Shown here: positions 1-14,603 of the stretch, piece by piece
How the letters are laid out: every line of letters begins with the position of its first letter
How positions within the stretch are numbered: position 1 is the stretch's first letter
Assembly: GCA_002245135.1 (NCBI GenBank)
Contig: NGBS01000023.1
Span: forward strand, 1 to 64,000
DNA length: 64,000 bases
Source of the DNA: Proteromonas lacertae
Lineage: Eukaryota
Direction of reading: 5' to 3'
Notes under the pieces: generated by a model
What the model was told of the DNA's origin: nothing
The model's input: only the letters and a program-made list of their open reading frames with translations
Database searches by the model: none
Position numbers and translations under genes: made by a program

Positions 1-3000
1 TATTTAATTTACAGAAGAATATTCAATACTATGAGTATCAAGAATGTATGATTATAATATTTCATTGTATTTTTATTATTTTAATTAGGGATTTCATGTC
101 TTGAAATTGATGATAATAACAATCATTTTCATTGTCCATTTACAATAAAGGTAAAACAGCTAAGTGTTGGTGTGATCCTTTATATGAATATCAAGTACCA
201 GGACAATATTTTTACAGAAACTGTACAAATGTGTAAGTTTTGATCCAGCAGATCAAAAATGTGTTTGGAGTCCTCCTGATCTAAAAATTAATATAACACA
301 ATTAGATTTTTCTTTGGATTATTATTATGGATATGTGAAAGGTAATTTGATAATTAATGATTTATCACCAGTTCCTAAATTGTTTGCAGAAAAGTTTGTG
401 TATATTTTAGCATGTTGGACTGATAAAGAGATTGATTTTAATAAAAATCAGGATTGTAGATGGGCTGAGAATAGATATGTGAGAAAATTTGATTATCCAT
501 TTGAGAATAATACATTAGTTATTCCTATCAATCTTAATAGTTATTTTATTAATATGACTCACTTTACAATAATGATTTCTCGAAATGATAATGGCAGAGA
601 TTTATCTAGAGATAGAATGTATGATTACTATCATAAAAGTATATATATTTTTTTTATTTCATTTTTTATTTATATAGTTGATCATTGTCAAGCTCAAACT
701 CTATTAGATGGTTCATATGTTAAATATCCAGCATCTTATCCAGGAATAATAAACTCAACATGTAGTGCTTTCTTTATACCAATGCCAAATGTTACTTTTA
801 CAAGAGAATGTAAAGCAGATGGTTTTTGGGCTGATAATGAAGCTAAATGTTGGTTAGGACCAAGTGATGGTTCTGGAGAAAAATGTATTTATATATATAT
901 ATATATATATATTTCTATTTTCAATAGTGGATCGATTTATAATAGATATATCAAATTTAACATTTTCATGGAAAGATAAAAATAGAAAAGGACTAATTTT
1001 AAATGGTGTGTTTACTGTAACAGATATATTAAATGGAAGTTGTGCTTTTTGTCCAGATGATGTTACACTACAATATGGATTTACAACAACTCTAGGTGAT
1101 ATATTCTATGGAAATAATGTTAGAAATTATAAATATCCTCTTATAAATAATTCTTTTACTGTTGATCCACCAAATGAACAATATCCATTTGTTGATGATC
1201 TTTTTTATACATATTTTATGTTCAAATATGTATTGGAGAAGAAGGAGGTAGTTTATGTTCACTTGCTTTATCTCGTGTGAATAAAATAATAGGTTGTGCT
1301 ACTAAAATTTATAATGAAATCCGTTTGCCATATATATTAATGGATGAAAATGTTACTTATGGTTATTGTCCTGAAATATGGGTATATTCACAAGGCTTTC
1401 AACCGATAAAAGAATGTGGACCAGATGGTCAGTTTTTAGATATGCATCCAGATATTGAATATTGCTATTATGATGAACCAATTAGTATTCAATGGGATGT
1501 AAAAATGTATTTAATTGAAAATGACTATTTCAGAGTTGAAACTAATTATTGGGTAAGAGATAAACATGCTTGTAATTATACAAGACCATATAACAGTTAC
1601 CGTACAATGGATTTAGTAGGCAAACCAGGTGATGATTATTATTATTGTATAGCAATAATTACCTGCAGTGTGTGGAGAAGGTCATAATTATACTCATCAA
1701 TATCATAGACATCGTATTGATACGTATAAGAGAAGTAGTTACTGGCATATAAAGTTGTTAGGGCAAAAATAATTACTAATTACAAAGGTATAATTTGGGA
1801 TAAAGATAGGCAGTTGTATCTTTATCAGAATTATTATGGTTGTCCTCATTACGTTTGTGAATAGAATAACATTCAATTTTGGTAATAACTCAGAATATAG
1901 AACAGGAGATTGTGAATATTTCTCCAATGTGTGGAAGTTCAGAAAAACCAAAACTTCAATGCCTTGGTGATAAATGGGAAGAATTTAACACAAAATATTT
2001 CATGTAAGTTTGAAGAAAAGCATTTCGAAATTGAAGTAGTAGATTATGCAGCATCAGTGACAGAAGATGATTTAGCAAATTTGAATATTACATTGAAATT
2101 GATAGATCATGATAATTGTGGATTTGATTATAAACCAGATTATTTAAAATTAGAATATGAAATAGGTGAAAATCGATGGTATTATAATCACAGTACAATT
2201 GAAGATGTAAGTTATTGCTTTGAGAATGGAGAAACAATAATTAATATTTATAATCTCACAGCAAACAATACAGAAGAAATAGATTTTAAAGTTAGATTAT
2301 GGTATGATAATACCACAATGGTTTTAGCCAGTTTTAGAAGGAGTATATATTTCTATTGTTATATTTTATAATAGGATATTGGTGTCCATTTTCTACATAT
2401 AATTATGTAAGATGGGATAAAAGTCCATTTGGAGTTGTTCAAGGTTATTGTCAGCCATTCTTCAAGAATTCTTCTGATGCTGTTTTAACAAGAACATGTA
2501 GAAATGATGGTAATTGGGAAAATGATTATGTATCTGGTTGTTTAGAATTGGATTTACCATATTTTTCATTAGAATTTATTAACTTTGAAGGTATGTGGGT
2601 AAATGAAACTACAGGTCATTATAATATGTCATTTTCAGTTCATATTGTAAATACACTTTGTAGAATTATACCAAATTATGGTCATATTAGATTTGCATAT
2701 ACATTTTATGATTCTGATGAAATGGAAAGTTTTCAATTACCATATGTTAATACAAGTATATGTAATACAAAAGCCAGTTATAGCTATACAATATTTGCAG
2801 ATATACCTCCATCTATAAAATCAAATTATACACCTTCATGCCAAAGTGTGTTTTGCAACAAAAATATGAAATATGTGTTCATCCCAGAACTGAAGATGAT
2901 GTTTGTATATTTATATTCTTTTTTATTTTTATTTAATAGTAATAAGATGTATTGGAGATGAAGAATACAATGCAACTTGGCCAAGTCAATTGGTTGGATT

Positions 3001-6000
3001 AAAAGCGAATGGTACTTGTATTGAAGATCATGTATATGATGGACTTGATTTATATCCATCAAGAACTTGTGGTGCTAGAAATAAATGGACAAAACCAAAA
3101 ATTACCATGTCGACCAATGGTTACACCTACTTTTGAATTTGATTTTAGTCATGTTACAACCTACTTAGAAAGTGATGATAGAACTGTTTCATTGAATGGC
3201 ACAATATTTGTTAGAGATTTGAATTTATGTGAAAAATATAAACCATATGTTTATCTTCAGTATTATATATCTGGTAAAGAAAATGATTATGGAGATGATA
3301 TATGGAGAGTAGACTATTGTTTTAAGAATAATGTTTTTGCAATTGATTATATAGATTTTCAAGAGATTGATGTTCTATATTTCAACGCTAGAATCTGTAT
3401 TGATGATATTTGTGAAGAAGTAATTCAAACATACAGTCAATTTTTATTTTGTACAGCTGATTATTCATATGAGAATATTGTTTGGCCAAATTCTGTTCCA
3501 GGTAATTATACAAAAACCATGTGGTGAACCATCTGGTTGGTTAGGTCCAGAAGAATTTCCAACAAGAGAATGTTATAGAAATGGAACATGGTCAAAATTG
3601 CCATATACATGTTATTTACCAAATCATTGGTGTCAAGCTGTTACAAGAGATAATGCGATATGGCCATTATCAATTCCAAAGATTTCATATGGTCGATGTA
3701 TTGATAATTATGTGAGTGTTGGACCAAATGGCAGACCAATGAGATTATGTACTGAAGATGGTCAATGGAGTACATTATACTATCCTTGTTATACAAATGA
3801 TGTGAAATATGTAAAGATATCAATAAAATATGTTGATAGTACAATTGAGATAATAGATTCCATGTGAATGGTAAGATTCAAATGGTATATACTAATGATA
3901 CATGTCGTTCAAATGGTGATTATTTGAATATATTATTAAATGCAACAGGAAAATTTGGTGTAGTTGATCCAAGTTATTATGAATTAGGATCAATTCTATT
4001 CAAATGTTCACTTGGTGTTATTTATGAAGCTGATTTACCTGATTCTATTTATTTGAATCCTCCAGATAATGAAATTGAAATAGCTATTAATTTAGATGAT
4101 GGTGTATTAGACAAAGATAGTAAAATATTAGGTTGTTCTAAAGATGAATATTTAAATTCATTTTGGAATACTTCTCATTTTGGTATATCCTATGGAACAT
4201 GTGATGAAGGATTTATGTCTGATGGTGTTAATGGTAAACCTTCTCGATTGTGTAATAATGATGGCAAATGGGATCTGAAGTGAATGATACATGCTATAAA
4301 CCAACATATCAAGATTTAAAGTTTAATTTTGAGTATATGTCTAAATTTGTTGATGATGATACAAATTCCTTCTGTGTTTCTAATTTCATAATGTTTGATC
4401 ATGTAGGATTATGTCCAGAAGCAGAGAAAGTGTTTGAATTACAATTGTTTTATAGATTTGGTAATGAAACAGTAGATAAACAATATGGAACACAAACTGT
4501 GGAGTATATATGTGAAGATACAATAAGATTTTATTCACCAGATGTTTGTATTTATTCACATTCATCCAACAATATAACATTTACATTATATGCAGATGGA
4601 AATCCATCCATCAATACAAATGTAATAATAGGTTGTGCAGAGATAAAAGAAGGTCGTAATAATTGGTATTCATCATTAGTTGATATACAAGAAGGTTTTT
4701 GTGATGAAGGTGGTTATATATCTGAAGGTATAACAGGTCGACCAATTAGAGAATGTCTAAGTAGTGGTGAATGGGGACCTATTTCTTACCAATGTATTTT
4801 ACCTGAGTATAAATTCTATACAATCAATGTAACTGATTCATTTGTGAAAGCTGTAGAAGATGAGTTTTGTTTAGTTACTATTGATGTTAATTATTTTAAA
4901 GAAGATTGTAATGGAACAGTTTATAATTATCAAATCTACTATTCTTCATCAAATACAACAACCAACTTAGAATTCTATAACAATTTTACATTTAATTGTT
5001 TAGCATCAAGGAATTATCATATAAAACCAGATGGTGATGCTTGTATAAGTGGAAAGTATAATAAAGTAACATTATGGTTATATAATGATATTGATTATAT
5101 AATGAATACAACTGTAGATACTGGTTGTCATATTCAGTCATTATCTCATGCTTATTTTAATAATTCAATATTTGATCAAGAAATAGAAGGAGTATGTGAA
5201 GAAACATATTTAGCAATGAGTGAAAATAGCAAACCAAAAGCGAAATGTCAAAATAACAAATTGTTAACAATAATTGACACTTGCTATGCTGATGATTTTT
5301 ACACTAGTCGAATGGATGTAAATGATTTAGAAGTCTCAATAGCATATGATAGTAAATTCTGTATAAATAAAGAGATTCATATTTCAATTGAAGATGAATG
5401 TCGTGATCCACAAGCACCAATAAAATTGCAACTATTCTATGAAGTAGAGAAAGGCGAATTAATAAAATATAGTGATATTGATTATAAATGTGAAACATCT
5501 CAACTAATAAGTAATTTATGTTTCAATTCATCAATTTACAATGAAATCAAATGGTTTTTGTATTATGAAGATGAATTATTAGATAATAAGACAATGATAT
5601 TAGGATGTAAACCATATAGAAGAGAGAGATTTGAATTACCAAGTAGTACATTTGGTTATAATGTCAGTAGTTGTTCAGAAGGATATGTATATAAAGGAGA
5701 AGAGGATAAACCAAAAGGTATTTGTAATAAAGATGGTGTATATGAGAATGTCACTTCCAAATGTTTTATACCAACATATATGGATACAAAATTTGAGTTA
5801 AAGAATCTGACTGTTTCATTACCTGTAGATATTAATAACACCTTCTCAGTAGGTGGAATGTTTGTTACAATTCGAAATGGTTTATGTGATAATGTGAGTG
5901 TTGAATTGAGTTTGTCAATTTATTATCAATATGAAGAAAGTGATGATGAAGAGACTTATTTCTTTTCAAACTTTACCTATCATTGTAGTGAAGGTGTTAT

Positions 6001-7123
6001 ATCAACTCATAGATTTACAGATCCTTTAATGGTGAATGGTAGTTTATATAACAATATAACCCTATTGTTAAGATATGAAGATACATTAATTAGCAAAAGC
6101 AGTTTAGTATTAGGATGTAAAGCAACAGAAGATGAATCAAGTATTTGGGAGAATTCATTATTAGGTGATGAAATAAATGGAACATGTAAAGAAGGATATG
6201 AACTTGAAAATCAGTTAATTCCACCTTGTCGTGTATGTCATAGAAATGCATCTTATGGTTATATAATGAATGAATGTCGAAAGATATCCTTACCAAAACA
6301 AAAGAACAGTCTTCCATTAATAATTGGATTATCTTTAGGATTTTTCTTTTTATTATTATTGCTGTTATTGCTGTTAATGTATGTTTATAAGAAATATCGA
6401 GATAGTCAAAAAGAAAAAGCAATGAAAACAGTTATACCATCAGATGCTGATATTTCGTTTAGAACATTACCAAGTAGTGATAGTATTGCATTTAACAAAT
6501 CAAATTCTTCATCATCAGATGATGGTAATTCAAAAGCATTAACTCCCACATTATTTACTAATCCTGTGAAAATGCCAAATAAGAGAAATATACAATTAAA
6601 ACCAATTGAAAAGCAGAATAAACCAGTGTTAACTTATGTTCCAAAGAAAAATGCATTTGATACATTTATGTCAGCTAGAAATGATACTACTGTAAATGAA
6701 AGTGATTTAACATTGAAAGTTAATAATAATAATGAAAAAGAAGATGAATTTGAATATAAAACAAATGTAAATCACAATAATTCAATTCATAATAATAATA
6801 GTAATAATAAGAGCGAAAGTGAAAGTGAAAGTGGTAGTGAAAGTGATAATTCTACTACACCATTTATACCAAAAACATTACCAAGAGCTCCACCTAAATT
6901 AAATCCAATCTTGCCAAGAAGAAATCCATTATTAAACAATTCAACAAATCTGACTGATCCAATTGCAATCTTAAACCAAGGTGTGTCTACCAATTTGAAT
7001 CCTGTTAATTCTTTCAGTAGATTGCCAAGACAATTACCTAAACTAAACTCTAATCCATTAAAACAAAATCCAATCACAAATATTCGTCCAAATGAATTGA
7101 AAAAGAAGCAGATGCTTGATTAG
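1..7123 (+). CDS. Very large type I membrane/surface protein with repeated Cys-rich HRM-like modules (5' partial; several introns and several frameshifts before ~4270)
   Basis: Successive ORFs repeat the pattern C..W....G....C...(G)..P.R.C...G.W...C separated by beta-rich spacers; TM helix (LIIGLSLGFFFLLLLLLLLLMYVY) followed by a Ser/Pro/Asn-rich tail; stop at 7123; GT-AG introns such as 639-677 and 885-927. Confidence 0.7.
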
Positions 7124-7255
7124 AAAAGATTATTATTATTTTATTCATATATTTTTATATGATTGTGTGATTTTTATAATAGATATAATAACCTCTTTGT
7201 AAGAATCACCATGTAAGAAACATCATAATAAAAAATATTTTGCCGTTTCATTAAA

Positions 7256-7800
7256 ATGTGTGATTCAAGTAAAGATATCAAAGATGAATATGTATATTAT
7301 AATAGTTATAGTTCTTTAACTATAGAGTGCTGCTTTAACATATTATCAAATACATAAAGATAAACGACCATTCGACAAACTGTTAATCCATCTTGATTCT
7401 ATATGTACACCTTTTCTAGAGAAAATTTATGGTATAAAAGAAATATATTTTATGTTCAATTAGCAAATAATTATGAAGTATCTGAATGGCAATCATTTTA
7501 TTTAAAGTTATGGTCAGAGAACACATCAAAAAATGACATTGGAGGTAATTCGTTGTTGTTTAGATTAGGTTCAACAGATATTCCCATATTTCAGGAATAT
7601 TTTAAACCATTTGGTGGTAGAGTGAGTATGACTAGTTTTATTGAATTTGTCTGCACATTTGTTTTCTTCACTGCTGAACAAATTCTTCCTTTGTTACTTA
7701 CAATTTCAAATGTCAAGAGTAACCGACTGATAACAGCAGTATACATTTGTATATATAATAAACATATAATATTAAAAAGAATACTATTATATTAACATAA
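7256..7800 (+). CDS. Hypothetical protein, shorter paralog of the convergent gene at 7815-9005 (possibly a degenerate EF-hand/calcineurin-B-like fold)
   Basis: ATG 7256; spliced frame MCDSSKDIKDEY/SAALTYY...IY/ANNYEVSEW...FIEFVCTFVFFTAEQILPLLL; stops at 7795 (unspliced) or 7800 (if 7739-7779 is spliced). Confidence 0.55.
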
Positions 7801-7814
7801 ATTGAATAAACATC

Positions 7815-9005
7815 TTATAAAATTGGAGTAATCTTTGTACTTGAAGTAAATGGCTTTACAGGAGAGAGTGTGGAATTATGAAGTGATTTATTCATTGCCA
7901 AGATACTTGATCTTTTATTCAAAGTTCTAGTTTTTGATCTAACACTATTCATTATTCTACTTGATTGTAAAGTCTGCTGTCTATAGCCATATCCATTTGT
8001 TTGTTTCATTACAAGGACTAAATTATCTGTTGATTGTTCAGTTGGTTTTGGAAGAATATAGTCATAATATAATGGAGGTAATTCATAAGTAAATAATAAT
8101 CTTCTTATTTTTCCACATATTGGTTCTTTTTGCTGTTCTAATATTCTTGTTGGATCTTCCGTATAATACTTCTGTCTTTTTAATATAGTGTTGTACATTT
8201 CATATGATAAAATCAATTGGATAAATGACATTTTTACTGAAAAGATAGTAGATTGCAATGATATTGATTGAGTTAAAAACTGAATAAAAGCTTTGATTGA
8301 ATAAGCTTCTTCTGAACTACATTTTATTAAATTAGGGATTTCATATATTATACTCAAAATTTGCTCTATTTTCACAACAAAACAAAGTAATTGCGCTAGG
8401 ATCATAAATGTTCTTAAATAGACCAATTACATTAAACAATTGAGACTAATTATGATAAAAATGAAATAAAATATACTTTAGTTATAATTAAATTGCTATG
8501 AATTTGCAAACATGATAAAAGATAAGATAAGATTTGTTGAGGATTTAAAAACACAAACATACACACGAACTGAAAAAAAGAATCATAATACACTTCTTCT
8601 ATTAAAATAATACTTATAACCATACCAGTATCAAAGAAAGAAAGTAAAAGCTCCTCTTTTAAATCAATATATGAATATTTTAATTGATTAATTGTGATAT
8701 ACTCTTTTTCTGAGTTATGAGACCATAATACCAAATAGGCTTCAAATATACAGTTAATTTCATAATGATTTACTACAGAAATTGAAAACATATTTATACA
8801 CATAAATGTCTGTGCCATTAAATAGCTTATACCTGATAAAGGGAAGAGTAAATCAACTGGTTTTTTTCTCTGGATCTTTGTCCTATGTTCATACGCAAAT
8901 GACTAGTTCATAATATATAAAGAATACTAGTTCATTTCTTGTAGGGTTTAAAAAAGTATTATCGCTAGTTGATGAATTTAAGGAAAATTTTATCGAAGAC
9001 TTCAT
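7815..9005 (-). CDS. Hypothetical protein, about 5 introns
   Basis: ATG 9005; an open frame is restored with 25-37 nt GT-AG introns (MKSSIKFSL...NEL/SFAYEHR...FFQFVCMFVFLNPQQILSYLL...KITPIL*). Confidence 0.65.
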
Positions 9006-9274
9006 CAAACAACCTAAAAAGAAAAGAATCGAAAAGTCATTTAATATCAGTTACACAATTTTAATTGACACGCATTCATGATTCAGTAAAATTATCCATT
9101 TAATAAATCCAAATACTAGTAAAAATGTTCATTTCTGTGATATATAAAGTAATCGTCAAAATCAAAATTCTAATTTAAGTATTTTTTACATAAATGTATA
9201 TCAAATTTAATTATTTTTTCACAATAAAAATATGAAATAAATCGATAAAATCATAAACAATAATGACATATTAT

Positions 9275-12200
9275 TTAAGGCAAATACCTTACAAATAACA
9301 GAGACACTGCCATAGCAATTCTACTAACAAACAAATATGCAACTGTTCCTAAAAAAAATTCCCATCGTTTATCAAAATGTAAATCTAAAACATTAGTTAA
9401 ATAGAAATTTATATCAACAGTCTATCAATATATAAATATATACATATACTACTCCTGTTGGTAATGTTAGATTTGTACAAATACTACTATCACAATGTAA
9501 TTGTGTTGTACTAACATCAGTGAAGAAGAAATTTATTGGATTAATGTAGTTTAAAACTTGAAAGAAACTAACTAAATCTTTATTGGGAATAATGAATCCT
9601 GAAATACAATTCATTAAAAGTAAGAAAGCCATTGTTCCAAATAACGAAATCTATTGAATAGAATAAATAAATATAACAAATACTTGAATAGATGGTGAAG
9701 TAAATGCAATCCATTGACCCAAATATGCAGTAAATAATAGAAATGCAAAATAGAATAATAAAAACTGTAAAACTTTACTTATATCTGAAGAATATCCAAC
9801 CATTGGATAAATAATTGCAGTACCAACCACACAACATAATAAAGAATATGGGATTTCACTAATTGTAAATGAATGAAGTACTGCAAATGGTGATACTAAA
9901 TGTTTATCAATATCTCTATAAATAGAATTTCTTTCTGAAGCTAAAGCAGGTAATGCAGCAACAGCAGAAAATACACCAATAAATAACGAACAAGAAAATA
10001 AGGAAGACATGAATGATGTAACACCTGATACTGTGTCTGGTATTGTTTGATAATATAAACCACCTAATACTAGACTAATGAACATTGTTACGATTAATCT
10101 TGATAAACTGTAAGAACTTGATCTCCAATAGAATTTGGCTATTTTTCTTGAATAGTAGTATATTTGAGTTGTTAGTGATGTCATATATTTAGGATAATTC
10201 AGTTTAGGAAGATTATTTCCTTGTCTTATTAAATATTCTATTTCTTCTTCATTAGCTTTCTTTAATTCACTATTTTCATAATTTTCAGCATAACTTTTGA
10301 AGGATATACTTGTACCAGCTCCAGTTATTTCTAATATCCAACTTGCAGGATTCTTACCATCTTGTAAACGAGGTATTTCTTCTATTTCATGGAAATAATT
10401 AACCAATTTAACACCATTCATTCCTGTATCACCTAAATAAACAGTTCTACCACCACTTTCTAATAACAAAATATTACTAAATAATTGAAATATCTCAAAA
10501 GATGGTTGATGGATTGTACAAACTACACATTTTCCATATTCCGAAATTCTGTTCAATACTTTTACTACCATCAATGCACTTTTACTATCTAAACCAGTAG
10601 TTGGTTCATCTAAGAATAATATTGCTGGATCTGCTACTAGCTCAATACCTGTCATTATCAATTTACGAATTGCCATTGAAATACCACTTCCTGGATTGCC
10701 AATAATTATCTTACGATAATCTTCTAATGATAATACTTTTACTACTTCATCTACTTTTGCTCTAACTTCATCATCATTTAACTTTGAATTTAATCTCAAT
10801 CTTGCATTGAAAAACAATACTTCTTCTACAGTCTCTTTAGTTGGTAAATTATCAGCTTGTTCAACATAACCTAATACATGACTTTGTGTATTTAATGACA
10901 ATTTTTGTCCATTGAATAATATATCACCTGTTACTTTTGTCTTTGTGGATGTATGTGATAATGCATCTAATAAGGTACTCTTACCAGCACCACTTGCTCC
11001 CATTAAAGCTGTTAATGTGCCTGGTTTTGCATATCCACTAATATTATATAACAACTGTTTTTCACCTTTTAGTGTATTAACAAATACATTTACATTCTTC
11101 CATACTAATGATACACCTTCATTTATACTTGATGCATTTTGTACATCTTCAGCTTCATCAACATCTATTTCTTTATCAGTAGCTACTATGGAGTATTCAG
11201 CAGCCCATTTACGACATTGCAATACAAATATAGTTAATATAGTAACTAATAGAAAATAAATAAAATATAAATATATAATATATATACATATGAAATGCAT
11301 CACTACCAAAATAACAAACCATTTCCACATATCTTTATCATCAGTAGGAAAGGACATTGTAGCTAAATTTGCAGGACCAGTAACTCCATAATCACCACTT
11401 AAGAATTCATTAACAGCTAATATTTTATGTCCATAACTTAGTGGATTAATATAATAGATCCATCTTAATATCCATGATATTTTATCATAAGGAACAGAAT
11501 AACCAGTGAAATTTGACATTATAAATATCATTAGAGGTAATGTTCCTAGAGCTACAAATTCGCTAGAGAAGCCAAACATAAATAATCTAAATAACGGTGT
11601 AACAGCAAATGCTATAGCAATACCACATAAACAAAATAGTATAAAATGTTTATAACTATGAGAAACAGATAATTCTGAAATAAAATAAATTGGAATCCCA
11701 CAAAACAGTGGTTGTAATATCATAAAAGGCCATTGTACAACCATAGATGATAAAACAAAGGTTGGAATTGAGAAATATTTACCTGTTATTTGTTTAGCTA
11801 AAACTCTACGTTGTTCTAATACAGAACCAAATTCAGCAACTGGTCCAAGTGTCATTAAAATTAAATAGAATAAAAATACACCATATACAGTTAATTTATT
11901 TTCTAAACTGGTAATATCATAGAATACAAATCCAATAAATACACCAGCTATTAAATAACCAAGCATAACACCAATAAGGTAGAATTTATCACGAAGTACC
12001 AATTTAGATTGTCTTTTGAATATTGTATATAACATAGAGAAGAAAGATAATGAATATTTTGAAGTATAAATACCTTTTTCTCTTCCTGATTCTAAAGACT
12101 GCATTTCGTATCTTTTAGATCTTGATATAGCTTTTTCTACATTACTATAATAACCAGAACTTTCATAGTAATGTATTAATTCATATTTCTTTATAAAACT

Positions 12201-13688
12201 CTAATGAAATAATAAATAGAAATAACAATAATAATACATGATCATATGGTAATCTTCTACTAGATTGATAACTATTGCAATTATTCAACATAATAGGGAT
12301 ATTTCCCATTTCAATAACCATTGGTGTCTTTTCATCAGAATTATCATTAACTATACATCTGTGACGACTTTGACTAATACTTCCACTCTTTTTCAATTGA
12401 CTTAATGGAACAACAGATATCTGTGGTGTATCTTCTGAATCTATTGTTCCTAGTGTGGGAGTTTGAATTGATTCAATTGTTATACCTTTTGTAAGTGGTG
12501 GTAATTCTACAACTGTACCATCTGTTGATTGTGGTAAACATAATCCTGCTTTTACCATTGCATCTCTCTATTATAATAATAATATAAATTAGAATATATT
12601 TATACTTTTCTCATCAACTTTCTATATGTTTCATTTCCAATATTACTCAAAAAGCTACCCACATCTGTATTACCAGTGATTCTATATCCAATTTTACTGA
12701 AATAAGTGACAGCATCAAATGGAGTACCACAATAGATAACACTTCCTTCTTCTAATATTACCAATTGATCAAAATATGGTATAATCTCAGGATCTGGTTG
12801 CAGTAATGCAGTAATAACAATATTGTTCATTTCTCTTGCATAGCTAGTCAGGAATTTTGTTATATCTTTTGTTATTGCACTATCTAAACCTGTACTGAAT
12901 TTATCTAATAATAATATCTTGTGAAAACCTAATAACATCTCACCAACTGTAACTCTTCGCTTTTCACCACCACTACATCCTTTTACTAACATTCCACCTA
13001 AATATGTACTCTTACATTTTTCTAACCCAATTGTATTACATAAATCATCCACTTTATTAGTTAAAATATTCTATTAATTTATAACATATATATATACTAT
13101 ATTAACTTGTGAATGAGATTTTTGATGAAATGATTCATTGCCATATTGACATTGTCTTGCGAATTCTAATGTTTCTTTTGCTGTTAATAATGCATTATGA
13201 TAATCATATTGACTACAGTAAGAAGCTATTCTTTTCCAATTTTTATATTCAGATATTGGTTTGTTGTTGTATTTAATATCTCCTGACAAGTAATTATTTT
13301 CTAAATTATCATAAATTGCATTTAGAAGTGAAGTTGAACCACATCCTGGAGCTCCAACAATCTATACATAATAATAGACATATAAATATACCAATGTTGA
13401 TGAGCCACACGGAAATAGCAAGTTAATTTCACTAAGTATAGGCTTGGCTCTCATCTTTTGTTGACCTGTTAGTAATTTTGTTGCATATATTAAATCATTA
13501 AACAAATTAGAAATGTGTGTCTCAGAAATATCCGGTATATCTGTGATCGTATAAGAAAAATGAGAAAGAACCAAATCCATTCTTGAACTAAGAGGGCTTT
13601 GGACAAATGCTTCAGGCACATCAGGATTAGATTCGACTGAAATATTTATTGAAGAGGTATCAATTGATTCCTCACTTGCACCTAACAT
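9275..13688 (-). CDS. Full-size ABCG (PDR-type) transporter, NBD-TMD-NBD-TMD, about 7 introns
   Basis: NBD1 has GAPGCGST, CSGGEKRRV and LLLDKFSTGLDS; NBD2 has LMGASGAGKST, FLDEPTTGLDS and CTIHQPS; two TMDs; last exon ends ...VRYLP-TAA at 9275. Confidence 0.93.
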
Positions 13689-13989
13689 TAAAGAAAAAAA
13701 ATTGATCTTGAAACGACTATGTTTTTGAAATGTACAACCTTTCTATAAACACAGTTAAAAAGGGGTGTATAAAATACTAAACAATGTTAAACAAGAGATA
13801 AAAATTAACAAATAACTATATCACTTACAAAAATTATCCTCAAAACACTTAAAAGCTGATTTAAGTTAAACACACATAAGTGTGTTGACTTTAACTAAAT
13901 AATATTCATGAGTTACATATAAAATACATATATCCCTACAAATTACAAAGATTAAGGTAAATAAATAATTAGTTAACATTATTCCTATA

Positions 13990-14503
13990 TCAACCTTTAT
14001 ATGCTTTTGGACGGAATGGAATTCCCCAAAATTTATCATTCCATTTCTCAAATGTTGGGTGATAGTGAAATTCTTTCATTAGCATATATACACCATCTTC
14101 ATGTCCTTTTCTTGCTTTATCATATATTTTCTTTATATCAGAGCACAGTGTGTCATATCTAAATAAAATAAACAACAAGAATCGCAATACAATTCCATAA
14201 AAGGTCCCATTACTTCATCAAAGTCTTGCTTAAACTTTTGTAACTCTTTTATTTCTTTCTGACGATCTTCTTTTTGTCTATTTAACTGCCTAAGTCTATC
14301 TTCAAACTCTTTACACCCTTGTTGATCTGCTCTAATTTCTATTAAACAGTAATAAATAAATTGTAAGAATACCTGTGTTCAATTGATCAATCTGTTGTCT
14401 TAAAGTGTCTAAAGCGCCTCCAAGACCGCTATTTAGAATAATATAACTCAGTTTACCTTGAAAGTGTGTTCATTTTCTTAAAATCCTTGCTTGATAACTG
14501 CAT
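13990..14503 (-). CDS. Small coiled-coil hypothetical protein, 3 introns
   Basis: ATG 14503; spliced frame MQLSSKDFKKMNTLSS-GLGGALDTLRQQIDQLNT-EIRADQQG...-YDTLCSDIKK...RPKAYKG*. Confidence 0.7.
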
Positions 14504-14603
14504 TTTATAAAAACTGAAAAACTGAAAGCTTGAGCATGATTTGTTTTGATATTTTATAAAACAAAATTTTGAATAGAATTAATACAAGAATTATATAATT
14601 TAT

